Positions 32,168-42,279 of a DNA stretch of 64,000 bases are shown here, piece by piece; the stretch's first letter is position 1; every line of letters starts with the position of its first letter. Origin of the DNA: Barthelona sp. PCE (Eukaryota). The DNA is taken from contig JAUFOR010000001.1 in NCBI GenBank assembly GCA_040285745.1, positions 620,001 through 684,000 on the forward strand. The letters are read 5' to 3'. Below the pieces are notes generated by a model. That model was not told the origin of the DNA and made no database searches. It saw only the letters and a program-made list of their open reading frames with translations. A program made the translations under genes and the position numbers.

Positions 32168-34534
32168 TTATTTAGAAGGGGTTGCCTCTTCTTCTTCCTC
32201 AGCAACAAGGCGAAGGAAGACATCTTCGAGAGAACTTTCGCTGATAGATAGTGAAGCAACACCATAAGCAACCTTGTTTGTCTCAATAGCCTCAAGTAAA
32301 TCTGGAATGCTCTGCTGAGAATCAACCGGAATGCGATATACCATGCTGAAACCAGCACGAGATTCCATCTTCAAATTGGTAGGAAGGGAGTCAGCAATGG
32401 TGTTTTGGAATGTATCAGCTGCATTAATATCGTTCATGGTCAAATATAAAGTGTATCCTTCACCATAATGAGCTTTTAACTCGGAAGGAGAACCAAGGGC
32501 AATAAATTCACCAGTCTTCATGATTGCTACACGACCACTTTGACAGATTTGATCAACCTCTTCAAGATTATGAGAGATGATGATAGTAGAACGATTTTGA
32601 CCAGTCTTTAGTAAAACATTACGCATATTAGCGACCTGATCTACATCCAGACCTGTTGTAGGTTCATCAGCCATTAAGAGACGAGGATCACCAAGGAAAC
32701 CGGCAGCAATTTGAATACGACGCTTCTGGCCACCACTTAAATCGCTGATATACTTATCCTTAAACTCCAAAGAGTTAGTAATTTCAAGACAACGGTCGAC
32801 TTCTTTATCAACATCATCCTTAGAGATGCCCTTGATGAGAGCGAGATAGCGAAGCTGATCGCTACACTTGAGGCCTTCATAGATACGATTGAACTGAGGA
32901 ATGATGCCGATGGAAGCACGGAGATCATCAACCTCAGCAAGGTTCTTACCAAAAAGATAAACCTCACCAGAAGTAATGGGGAGTGTACCACTGGTCATTG
33001 AGAAAGAAACAGACTTGCCCTGGCCATTGGCACCGAGCAAACCGAGTATACTGTTCTCTTGGAGAGCGAAAGAAATACCGCGAACTGCTTCAAAATCATC
33101 AAACTTCTTTGAAATTTCTTTAACAACGACAGGGTACTTCTTCATCTCTTCAGCGCTCATATTTGCGACAAGTTCACGCTCAGCAACGATTGAAGGCATC
33201 TCATCAGTCTTGTGCTTCTTGGAAACAGCAACCGGAGGCTTACGACGACGAAGACCTGCAATACCAAGCTCATTACCTTTGTACATAATGATGAGACCAA
33301 GGATAACGAACCAGATGGCAGCGCTAATAAACTGATAAATGATGGACGTGCCCACGTTAAAGTGAATATTACTATCCCATACATCGACGGGTGCACCAGC
33401 CGAACCAGCAGAGTTAATGAGGGTCAGAGCCTGGACACCAGGATCAATAACAAAGAGCATGATTACATTGTGCCAAATCTTGTGATCATCATAGACAGTC
33501 ATACCAACTATGAAGGTGACGAGGATCTGTGATGCCATCATGAAGAATAGGAAGGATCCAAGACATGCGACTGCGGCGCCAACAGCGGTACGTAGGAAGG
33601 ACACAAGTACCAGAGTGAATGGGATGTACGTAATATACATTGCTAAAATTACTATAAAGAGAACAATAGGATTCTGTTCGTTAGCCTGCTCTGAGCCGTA
33701 TAAATTGGCAACCAAAATGTAAACGATTGATAGAACAAGGGCTTGTAGCAACCAGAATAAACCATGAGCAGCGAATTCAGAGGCACGGCGGGCACCACTG
33801 GACTGATAGTACTCAGTGATTCCGTTTTCCTTGGGTGAGACAACGTCAAGTGCCCACACGACCTGGGAGATGACAAGGACCATCATGGCAAAGAACGGGG
33901 CAACACTGGAAGAGCTCATTGATTCAAATAATGCTGGATGGGGAAAATCACGAGTTTTAACAGTGAAACCTGATGCAATTTCGGTTGTGACGGCAACCTG
34001 CATGGGGAGGAACAGCTCACGGTACGTGTTTGTAGTACAAACTAAATAAAATGAATTAGGGTTGCACTCGTAAATTGATGAGTTGACTTGGATTGTGACA
34101 TCAGTCAGTTCAGTTCCGCTAAACGTGAAGTGATAAGCTGCCTGGGTCATGTTCTTATTTGCTTTAATCCATGTCAAGACATCAGCTGGAGTATCGAATC
34201 CTAAAGTCGATGTGAGGCCGTTGTTAGACGCAATGTCGTCTGCCAACGCGCGTGCTGTAGCCGTGTCAGGGGAGAAAACAAAGTCATGACATGATCCAAG
34301 TGAAGGATTACATTTTGGAATGTTACCAACAATCGTTGCTTCAGTATCGAGATTTAAGGAGCCAAAGGGGTTGAACGCGGTGAAAGAAGCAGTTAAAATG
34401 ACACCTATTAAAAGAATAATGAAAGGAGCAAGTAACTGGCATGCAATTGCCTTCCAACGACGCTTGTTGAAGAACAAATTGACATCCTGTTTGAAATAAA
34501 TGCCTACTTGGGAGCCAAAGGAACTGGGTTTCAT
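32168..34534 (-). CDS. ABCA-subfamily half transporter (one TMD plus one NBD)
   Basis: GANGQGKS, LSGGQKRR, DEPTTGLD, GSPSELKAHYGEGY and SLEDVFL; large exocytoplasmic loop after TM1. Confidence 0.92.
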   Translation of the reverse strand: MKPSSFGSQVGIYFKQDVNLFFNKRRWKAIACQLLAPFIILLIGVILTASFTAFNPFGSLNLDTEATIVGNIPKCNPSLGSCHDFVFSPDTATARALADDIASNNGLTSTLGFDTPADVLTWIKANKNMTQAAYHFTFSGTELTDVTIQVNSSIYECNPNSFYLVCTTNTYRELFLPMQVAVTTEIASGFTVKTRDFPHPALFESMSSSSVAPFFAMMVLVISQVVWALDVVSPKENGITEYYQSSGARRASEFAAHGLFWLLQALVLSIVYILVANLYGSEQANEQNPIVLFIVILAMYITYIPFTLVLVSFLRTAVGAAVACLGSFLFFMMASQILVTFIVGMTVYDDHKIWHNVIMLFVIDPGVQALTLINSAGSAGAPVDVWDSNIHFNVGTSIIYQFISAAIWFVILGLIIMYKGNELGIAGLRRRKPPVAVSKKHKTDEMPSIVAERELVANMSAEEMKKYPVVVKEISKKFDDFEAVRGISFALQENSILGLLGANGQGKSVSFSMTSGTLPITSGEVYLFGKNLAEVDDLRASIGIIPQFNRIYEGLKCSDQLRYLALIKGISKDDVDKEVDRCLEITNSLEFKDKYISDLSGGQKRRIQIAAGFLGDPRLLMADEPTTGLDVDQVANMRNVLLKTGQNRSTIIISHNLEEVDQICQSGRVAIMKTGEFIALGSPSELKAHYGEGYTLYLTMNDINAADTFQNTIADSLPTNLKMESRAGFSMVYRIPVDSQQSIPDLLEAIETNKVAYGVASLSISESSLEDVFLRLVAEEEEEATPSK

Positions 34535-34726
34535 CTTTTAAAGCCTTTGAATCAAGAATAAAATGAAAAACAGTTTATTTAGGGATGCTATGTGTTTCAG
34601 AACTAAACAACGATATTCCACCAGTGAATAGGGGATTGGTAAACTTTTTCAGAGCAAAGTATATCATTGGCCCCGTTCTTTCTTTTAACATCCTTTTTTT
34701 ATTGTTTGGCAACTTAAATTAGTTAT

Positions 34727-37375
34727 ATGAGGAGAATTATTACACCAATTAATGTTTTACAACTCACAAATGTTGCTATTGTTAAGCTTAGAGTTAAGAA
34801 AACAAGTTTTGAGGTTGCTTGTTATAAATCAAAGATGAAGGCATACCTTGAGGGCATCGAGACCGACATTAATGAGGTTTTACAGGTGTTAACTATCTTT
34901 ACGATGGCTAGTAAGGGTAAACAAGCATCCACTCAACAGCTGCAGAAGGCCTTCCCAGGTTTGACCAAGGACGAGATCATTGAGTATATCCTTCGCAACG
35001 GTGAGTATCAGCAATCAAAGAAGGAACGAGATGTGAGCACAACGAATCTTTTAAATCAGGTTATCTCAATCATTGTTGAAAAATGTTACAATGCAGACCT
35101 TAATGTCCCATTCACCGCAGACATGGTGAAGGTAATGCTTAAACAGGTTGGCTTCCGTGTTACAACTAAGGAATCAGCTAAAAGACAGGCTCTTTGGGCT
35201 ATTGATACATTTCAACGAAAGTCTTCCGAGCTCGGTATTTCTATTGGCCGTGGTATGATGCACTTACGCATTATCGGTGTCGGTACACAAGCTCTTAAAG
35301 CATTGAAGGCATTCTGGAAGGACATGGATGTGATGATCATCAAGGAAGAGACAAACGAAGAAGGTGCTTTTTTGTATGAGATTTATTGCGGTTCAGGCGA
35401 TTTTTATGTCTTTAAAGGCTGGGATCATTTTGCTGTTTACGAAATTGAGATTGTTAATGCAAATGTTAATGTTCAGGGTAGAAATTCGAACCGTGGGAAG
35501 GAGGAAAAGTTCACAGCCCCATTTATCACAGACGTGGAACCAGGAATAAGGGAGCTTGGAAACTTTTTTTCAGGGTTCGAATCCTGCAAGGTGCGATCTT
35601 TTGAAGATGATATTGCTGAAGATAGTAAGTATTCACTGATCGGATATGACGGCCGTTACAATGTTTTAAAGGCCATATTTCACAAAAATGCAATTCATGC
35701 AATTTGTGCTATTGATGGTGAGGAAGGAATCTGGTCTGTCAAGTATGCCCTAGTGGCCGATGGACTCAAGGAGATCTCAGTCAGGCAAATAAGCATTCGT
35801 GACGATTATATACCTGAATCACTTAAAATGTCAAGCAAAATGGCGTTAATTTCATTTGGTGAGGCAGGTGCTGCCAGTGGATGCGTTGTTCCACTGTATG
35901 ATGTTGGATTTCATCATATAGATCTTTATTGTGACTTTGTGGATGTTTGTCCACGAACTGGATATATTGCTATTGCTGAAGGTGGTCACTCAGGAACTTT
36001 TTCTATCTTTACGCGCACTCTCGAGCCCCTAATCGATAAAACAGTTGAGAATGTCAAAGCTCTGGCATTTGCAAACTTCCATCTTTATCTCTTTAAAGAG
36101 GACGGTGTTCAGGTATATCACACACCCAATCCCGCACTAGGCCTCCCATTGCGAGAGATTGATTTCATACCGCATGTTTTCGAAGGAGAAATTATTGTGG
36201 AGTGTATCAACAATTTATTGGTTGTCAAAAATCAAGGTTTTGGTTATACTCTTGATGGTCTTCTGTTCATCAAGCACAACGAGTTTAACAGGTCAATGAT
36301 TCCCACGTCTCCTTTTGAGTTTGTTTCAGTTCCTGATCACGTACTTGATTCTAAAAATTTCTTTTCTTCACCTTATGTTTTATCGTATGGTTCTCATGGT
36401 ATTCGTGCGTATCTGGCGTTTACGGGCCAGGTACTGTCTCACATCCCGGTCGCTGATCACGTCACATATATCAAGGAACAAAATCAATTATACTACAGTA
36501 TGGGCGGCACCGCTGTAATTTACAATACAGAAACTGATGAATTAGACGTTAATGCTGTTGAACTTGGCGAACAAGAGATGATGGGTTACGTTTTCCCATC
36601 CATCTGTAACCCGGAAGAAGTTTACTGTCAGTTGATCGGTGAAGATGAAAACATTTACTCATTTTTGACAGAGGAGACCCGTAGAGGAGCACTTGATGAG
36701 ATGTGCATGTGTCCTGTATTCTTCAATGACGAGGATTTCACATTTTTGTTTGAGGAAGGTGAGGAAACCATGCCAAATCCACAAAATTTCGATTTACAAA
36801 AGTCAAAGATATGTGAAGGTGATTTCTTTCAGTACAACCCCGAAACAGGTATTATCACAAGGTTCTGTGGCTCAGATGATTTGACATTGACGTACTCGAC
36901 AAGAACCAACCTGAAATTTGTTAGTGCACAAGACTCATCATCATTGTTTTATGATCCTGAGCACAACAAGATCATTGTGTACTCCTCCGAAGAGGATGAG
37001 TTGTATGAGTTCCCTGAATTAGACTTTGAGCCCACAATTGTCCAATGGAAAGTGAACAAGGTCATTTTTTCTAGCCTTGATCGTACAATTATTTACGAAA
37101 TTAATATTTCCAAGAATGGTCGTCTTTTATCGAAAAAACTCCCGAAAGGGAGATATTTACGGGATTTTGTTCCAACTACAGATTATTTTGGCGTTTATAT
37201 TAGATATGACCACAGTAACTTTGTCTACAATATTACGAACATGTGGCAGAGTGACGAAGGGTATATCGGTGAGGCACTCATCAAACTAGAGCGTGTTGTT
37301 GAGGAACCAGAGCCAGAACCAGCTCCTAAAAAGAAGAAGAAAAAGAAGAAGAAGAAGAAAACTGATACAAGATAA
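34727..37375 (+). CDS. SBDS: SBDS/Sdo1 ribosome maturation factor with a ~630-aa C-terminal extension
   Basis: The N-terminal ~250 aa carry TPIN...LTNVAIVKL...FEVACY...DINEVLQ...SKGK and ESAKRQAL; continuous ORF ending in poly-Lys. Confidence 0.85.
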   Translation: MRRIITPINVLQLTNVAIVKLRVKKTSFEVACYKSKMKAYLEGIETDINEVLQVLTIFTMASKGKQASTQQLQKAFPGLTKDEIIEYILRNGEYQQSKKERDVSTTNLLNQVISIIVEKCYNADLNVPFTADMVKVMLKQVGFRVTTKESAKRQALWAIDTFQRKSSELGISIGRGMMHLRIIGVGTQALKALKAFWKDMDVMIIKEETNEEGAFLYEIYCGSGDFYVFKGWDHFAVYEIEIVNANVNVQGRNSNRGKEEKFTAPFITDVEPGIRELGNFFSGFESCKVRSFEDDIAEDSKYSLIGYDGRYNVLKAIFHKNAIHAICAIDGEEGIWSVKYALVADGLKEISVRQISIRDDYIPESLKMSSKMALISFGEAGAASGCVVPLYDVGFHHIDLYCDFVDVCPRTGYIAIAEGGHSGTFSIFTRTLEPLIDKTVENVKALAFANFHLYLFKEDGVQVYHTPNPALGLPLREIDFIPHVFEGEIIVECINNLLVVKNQGFGYTLDGLLFIKHNEFNRSMIPTSPFEFVSVPDHVLDSKNFFSSPYVLSYGSHGIRAYLAFTGQVLSHIPVADHVTYIKEQNQLYYSMGGTAVIYNTETDELDVNAVELGEQEMMGYVFPSICNPEEVYCQLIGEDENIYSFLTEETRRGALDEMCMCPVFFNDEDFTFLFEEGEETMPNPQNFDLQKSKICEGDFFQYNPETGIITRFCGSDDLTLTYSTRTNLKFVSAQDSSSLFYDPEHNKIIVYSSEEDELYEFPELDFEPTIVQWKVNKVIFSSLDRTIIYEINISKNGRLLSKKLPKGRYLRDFVPTTDYFGVYIRYDHSNFVYNITNMWQSDEGYIGEALIKLERVVEEPEPEPAPKKKKKKKKKKKTDTR

Positions 37376-37456
37376 AACTTTACTGTTTGGTGATGTATGA
37401 AAGTATGTCAAAGACACATAAATAAATAAGAAAAGTAAGAAAGAAGTAGGGGAACG

Positions 37457-38680
37457 TTACAGACATTCCATACAACCAACGGAGTTATCTCCAGCACTGT
37501 TATTATTGACATATAAAGTCCATTTAATACGTGTGGAGCTGTAGTAAGTAGTCAACAAGTCCTGGAGCATATATACCTCAAAAGAAATGGGTGCACTATG
37601 TCTTCCATTGCTTGCTGGGATACCAAAGTTAGCCCCTTTCCAAAGTTTGTAATCGGAGTGAGGGTACCACTTGAAACGGTGTCCATTACAGTGAATTACT
37701 GAAAATAGTGAGTTCTTGTGGTGTGCGTCTGTTTGGTCAAAGATTGCAAGAGCTTTTGTGTTAAAATCTGACAAACAGTGCATTTGATTTATCCAGTTAT
37801 ACTTGTAATAACAATGTTGATCTCCATCAGTGTCATAATAACACACACGCCATCTGTAAAGATGTGAGTGGAATGTAATCTCAGTACCTGTTGTGAACGA
37901 ATTGACATAATGTCTGTACACTCTCCATTCGTAATAAAGACTGTGGCCTGTTTGGTACGGATATTCACTCACAAAAACGTACACCTCATTTGAACCATCT
38001 GCACTGTAATAATTAGCAGCAGTTACAACAGCGTTTAAATCACTGGCATGAAAATCATGTGAACAAAACCCGTAGCTACGACCACCTAGCACACCTGTAG
38101 TTACATTAACTCCTTTATATAGAGACAGGCAGTAGCGTTCGTAATATGAGCAGCCGTATCCGCAAACCTGTCGTTGACCTGTCGTTAGCGCAACAACATA
38201 AACGTTGTTACTGTCGGCCAAACGATTCGCTGCAGGTTGAGTAGTACGATATCCGTTACTGTATCTCTGAAAAGCAACTATGTCGTAGTTCCACCATTTA
38301 TAGTTGTGCTCCTGATATATACTACCAAGATTTCTCATGCGTGAACGACGAACTGAAGTTAACATCGGATTAGAGGATGTAGGATTGGTATCATGGTTGC
38401 CCGTAGATGCACGAAAACGATTGAACACATCATAAAGCCAGAAATACTTATATGATCGACCTTCATCAGTAGTTCCAAGTACAAGAATATCTGGCTGAGT
38501 TGAATTGGTTAAATACATGGGGAACGAACTAACTCGCGTCCAAGAGTCAGTATATGTCTCATCACGGGCGAAAGGAGGATCAATTAGATCTTCCATTGTA
38601 AATGTACCCGCATTGTAAAAGCTAATGGCTGAAACACATATGAGAGCAGCAAATATGCTTATGATACTGTATGATATCAT
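37457..38680 (-). CDS. Secreted Tyr/Cys-rich hypothetical protein, 407 aa
   Basis: Signal-peptide-like N-terminus, long ORF, no recognised family. Confidence 0.75.
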   Translation of the reverse strand: MISYSIISIFAALICVSAISFYNAGTFTMEDLIDPPFARDETYTDSWTRVSSFPMYLTNSTQPDILVLGTTDEGRSYKYFWLYDVFNRFRASTGNHDTNPTSSNPMLTSVRRSRMRNLGSIYQEHNYKWWNYDIVAFQRYSNGYRTTQPAANRLADSNNVYVVALTTGQRQVCGYGCSYYERYCLSLYKGVNVTTGVLGGRSYGFCSHDFHASDLNAVVTAANYYSADGSNEVYVFVSEYPYQTGHSLYYEWRVYRHYVNSFTTGTEITFHSHLYRWRVCYYDTDGDQHCYYKYNWINQMHCLSDFNTKALAIFDQTDAHHKNSLFSVIHCNGHRFKWYPHSDYKLWKGANFGIPASNGRHSAPISFEVYMLQDLLTTYYSSTRIKWTLYVNNNSAGDNSVGCMECL

Positions 38681-38737
38681 TTGAAAAGAAAAATAAAGAG
38701 GAAAACAAAATATTGTCTTCTAATTATGTTTTTACAT

Positions 38738-39388
38738 CTAGTATGAATTAGAACTAACCCTTTCTAACCAACTGATTCTCTCCTTTCTAATATTATTAAC
38801 TCTATTGGTTCTAATTTGTCGATTTCTTTCTTCTTCCCTTGCATATGCATCTAATACACGTGTTTCAAGTCTTCTGCGTCTCTCTTGTCTTGCTGACTGT
38901 AATTTTCTGCGCTTTGACTTATCATCTGGAAGCGTGCGTGGACCAAAACGCTCTGTTTCAGGTATAAAACTATCTGTGTGTGGATGCTGTACAATATATG
39001 TGTTGTCCGTGTACCTTCCAGTCCAACGGCGCGTCGGGGGTCGGGTTTTCGTTAGATATAATGAAGAAGGTGTTGAAGAATCTGTTGGAATAGCAATATT
39101 TGCAAATTTCTTTTTTGGACGTACAGGAGGAGCTGATTTAGATCTGTTTTTGTTCTTGTTTGGTCTAGTAGCACATAATCTTGTTTTGGTGCATATTGTA
39201 GAATCTTTCTTAAAGAACTGTTGTTGAGGAGCTGTTTTATACATAACCGAAGGCTCTTCGTGTGGGATATCAGGTCTTTTGAAGCTATTTGGTAGTGTTT
39301 TGTGTTGTAATAGTGATTTTTGAAATTCCTTCCTTTTTGAGTAAGAGGATGGCCTGTTGCTGGTACCAGTTACGTTGCGTTTACGCAT
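38738..39388 (-). CDS. Hypothetical basic protein, 216 aa, C-terminal coiled coil
   Basis: ATG ORF with an upstream pyrimidine tract. Confidence 0.7.
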   Translation of the reverse strand: MRKRNVTGTSNRPSSYSKRKEFQKSLLQHKTLPNSFKRPDIPHEEPSVMYKTAPQQQFFKKDSTICTKTRLCATRPNKNKNRSKSAPPVRPKKKFANIAIPTDSSTPSSLYLTKTRPPTRRWTGRYTDNTYIVQHPHTDSFIPETERFGPRTLPDDKSKRRKLQSARQERRRRLETRVLDAYAREEERNRQIRTNRVNNIRKERISWLERVSSNSY

Positions 39389-39768
39389 CGCACTTTAATT
39401 TAATCGCGGAAAAGAGAAGATATTTTTAAAACAAAAGTTTTTGGCAATGCTTGGCTTCTCACTTTGCATCTATCGTCTTATCCTTTAATTTGGAAGGTGT
39501 TATATATTTATTTTGTCCATAAATACATCTTAAGTGAATTTTTTTTTGTAAAAGTTGATTAATGATTTGTATCGTGAAGTAATTGAACCATATATTTGAA
39601 TCAAAATTAAAATTCACGCTAATTTACTATTTGCAAAAGGTTGATATGACAAGGTATCAAGAAAATCTCGGAAAAAGAAAAAATTAAACACAATATAGAT
39701 ATCCGAGAAATAATTCACGTCTGCAATGTGACAGGCACTCACAATTAAGGATTCAAGAATGATAATTT

Positions 39769-40170
39769 CTATTTTTCAAAATACACACTTGCGAGTCGAG
39801 AACCTGAAGGTCTTGGTGAACCACGAGCTGGTACGGTGTCACTATCCCGGTCAGTTATGCGTGTGCTTGATCGAGATCGGCGTAGAGTACCTAATAAAAC
39901 TTCTTTAGGTAAATTTTGTGGGGATTCAAGAGCGTCTTTGCTTGGCGCATCGATAGATCCTGGTGAAAATGATGCTAGTTGTGCTTGTGAGGAGTTGGTG
40001 TTGTTGTTCTTATGATATGCATATGCAGCAGCTTTCTTCTTATTGGACGTAGAAAAATTACTCACATCCATACCTTGTAAAAAGCTTTGGTAGCATTTAA
40101 AAACTACCACGACAAGCGTTAAAAAGAGTAGTACTGCAAATATTAATATAAGGAGTTCTGCTTGTTCCAT
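39769..40170 (-). CDS. Small single-pass membrane protein, 133 aa
   Basis: N-terminal TM followed by a Ser/Arg-rich tail; upstream pyrimidine tract. Confidence 0.7.
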   Translation of the reverse strand: MEQAELLILIFAVLLFLTLVVVVFKCYQSFLQGMDVSNFSTSNKKKAAAYAYHKNNNTNSSQAQLASFSPGSIDAPSKDALESPQNLPKEVLLGTLRRSRSSTRITDRDSDTVPARGSPRPSGSRLASVYFEK

Positions 40171-40724
40171 TAAAATTTGTGAAAAGAGAAAAAGTCAAGT
40201 TGGGTAAAAGATGTATGAATTATACTTGAAGGGTGGCTGGGGAAAGATAGTAATGACTTCTGGAGAAAGTGAATCGCTTCAAATGAAAGAGTACTTGTTT
40301 TTAAAAAAAAGCGAATCCTATACGTATACAAATACTAATTTCAAGACGACAGGGAAAATTGGGCGGATATTTACACTAACCACACCAAAAAGTAATGCGA
40401 AAAGGGATGTATTTTCAGAAACGCTGGTTGTGAGTTATTTCGAAAAATATCACATTTTTATGTTAATATACAACGATAAATACACGATTAAAGGGTATTT
40501 AGCAATAGTACCCCCACAATATGCTGCTTTGTTGTGTGATCCTATACTCTAAAAGGGGAATATGGATTTGACTACGTTATTCATCTTCCTTCAAGAGATT
40601 AATATTAAATATTGCACCTCATATTAAGTCTCAAAAACTGTATCAATTGCATATGACTGTAGAAGCATTATTTTCCTTTTCTGTCGCTTAATTTTATATA
40701 TTTGATATAAGTGGGCTTTGGAGA

Positions 40725-42149
40725 ATGCCACACGAGCTCATAAACATACAGGTGGGCCAATGTGGGAATCAGATTGGTAATGCGTACTGGAGAACTCTTT
40801 TAAAGGAGTATTCACACTTTAATGAACAATCTGGGAGCCAGACACAGTATACAGATGAGATGTCATCGCTTTTTTATCTTCCACAATCACAAACACGCGA
40901 TTTTTCATTTGAGAAGATGCGTGCACGTGCTGTTTTAGTTGATACCGAAGAAGGAGTTGTCAACCAGACCCTAAAGGGCAGCCTTTCATCTCTTTTTGAG
41001 CCAGCGCAGATTGTTGCATCGAATAGTGGAGCAGGAAATAATTGGGCAGAAGGATTCCATAGATATGGACCTGAAATCAGCGATCAGGTCATCGAGGCGA
41101 CACGTATCCAACTGGAGTGTTGTGATTCACCTCAAGGATTTTTCTTTTTGCATTCATTAGGTGGTGGTACAGGTTCCGGTCTTGGTTCGTATTTGTTACA
41201 GGACATAAGGGACGAGTACCCCAAGATAACGAGACTCACTATGTCGGTTTTTCCCTCTCGTGAATCGGACGTTGTTACTTCACCATATAATGCAACATTT
41301 GCAACATCTAAACTCATTGAACATGCAGATTGCAGTTTCTGTTTCGATAACGAAGCGCTGAAGAACAGGGTTACGGCTGATGAGGCTATTGCTAAACGCC
41401 AACCGGATAAAATGATTAGCAGTGCAGCACCAATAAGTCCATTAACCAAGAGCATTAATGAAAGAGAAAAGAGACCGTTCAAGCATATGAACGGGTTGGT
41501 AGTGCGGTGCTTGAGCTCTTTAACAAGTGGAATGCGTTTTGGAGGAGAGTTGAATGTAGATCTGGGAGAAATTTCAACTAATTTAGTTCCTTATAAAGAT
41601 TTACACTTTATTTTACCCAGTTTCCAGTTTGTACCTGATCGAAGATTAAATGCATCAATCCAATCAACATTTTTTGATTCAACATCGTATCTTTATGATT
41701 GTCAACCTTCTAGAGAATGTTTTTTAGCTAGTTCATTGTTTTTTAGAGGTAATTTTAGTATTTTTGATATTAATACACATCTTTCAAGTATCCAAAAGAA
41801 AATTTCTATTCCTTACTGGAATGAAAATGTTTTTAAATTAGGTTTAACCAATTTTACTGGATTTAAAAGTTCTGATTATCATAAAAGAAGTGTTCTAGGA
41901 TTGTTTAATAATACAGCTGTTTGTCAACGTTTTGATCAATGTATAAATGATTTTAATAGATTGTATAAGCGTAAAGCTTGTGTTTATTTATATGAAAACG
42001 CAGGAATGGACACACACGACTTTGAAAATATGAGATATTCTGTTGAAAGAGTTTCGGAAACATATAGAGAAATGAAAGTAAGAGCGCAAGGGCACGAATC
42101 GGAAGAAATTAAGATAGCACGAGCCAGATTCAAGCCATTGAGGCGCTAA
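40725..42149 (+). CDS. TUBE1: Epsilon-tubulin
   Basis: MPHELINIQVGQCGNQIG, ARAVLVDTEEGVVN, SGAGNNWAEG, GGGTGSG, DVVTSPYN; no acidic tail. Confidence 0.92.
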   Translation: MPHELINIQVGQCGNQIGNAYWRTLLKEYSHFNEQSGSQTQYTDEMSSLFYLPQSQTRDFSFEKMRARAVLVDTEEGVVNQTLKGSLSSLFEPAQIVASNSGAGNNWAEGFHRYGPEISDQVIEATRIQLECCDSPQGFFFLHSLGGGTGSGLGSYLLQDIRDEYPKITRLTMSVFPSRESDVVTSPYNATFATSKLIEHADCSFCFDNEALKNRVTADEAIAKRQPDKMISSAAPISPLTKSINEREKRPFKHMNGLVVRCLSSLTSGMRFGGELNVDLGEISTNLVPYKDLHFILPSFQFVPDRRLNASIQSTFFDSTSYLYDCQPSRECFLASSLFFRGNFSIFDINTHLSSIQKKISIPYWNENVFKLGLTNFTGFKSSDYHKRSVLGLFNNTAVCQRFDQCINDFNRLYKRKACVYLYENAGMDTHDFENMRYSVERVSETYREMKVRAQGHESEEIKIARARFKPLRR

Positions 42150-42279
42150 TCTTTTGTAAATAGTTAAAAGAATTAATTAGAGAAAGATCAAAAATCTTGT
42201 TTGTTTGAACAATCTCTTCCCATTTCACTATAACGCTTATTTTTTCTAGACATTTAGAGCGTATAGGGCAAAGATCATC

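Noticed and set aside
40211..40552. 113-aa plus-strand ORF
   Set aside because: No recognisable motif, purine-rich upstream context unlike real genes here, and it lies in a divergent promoter gap.
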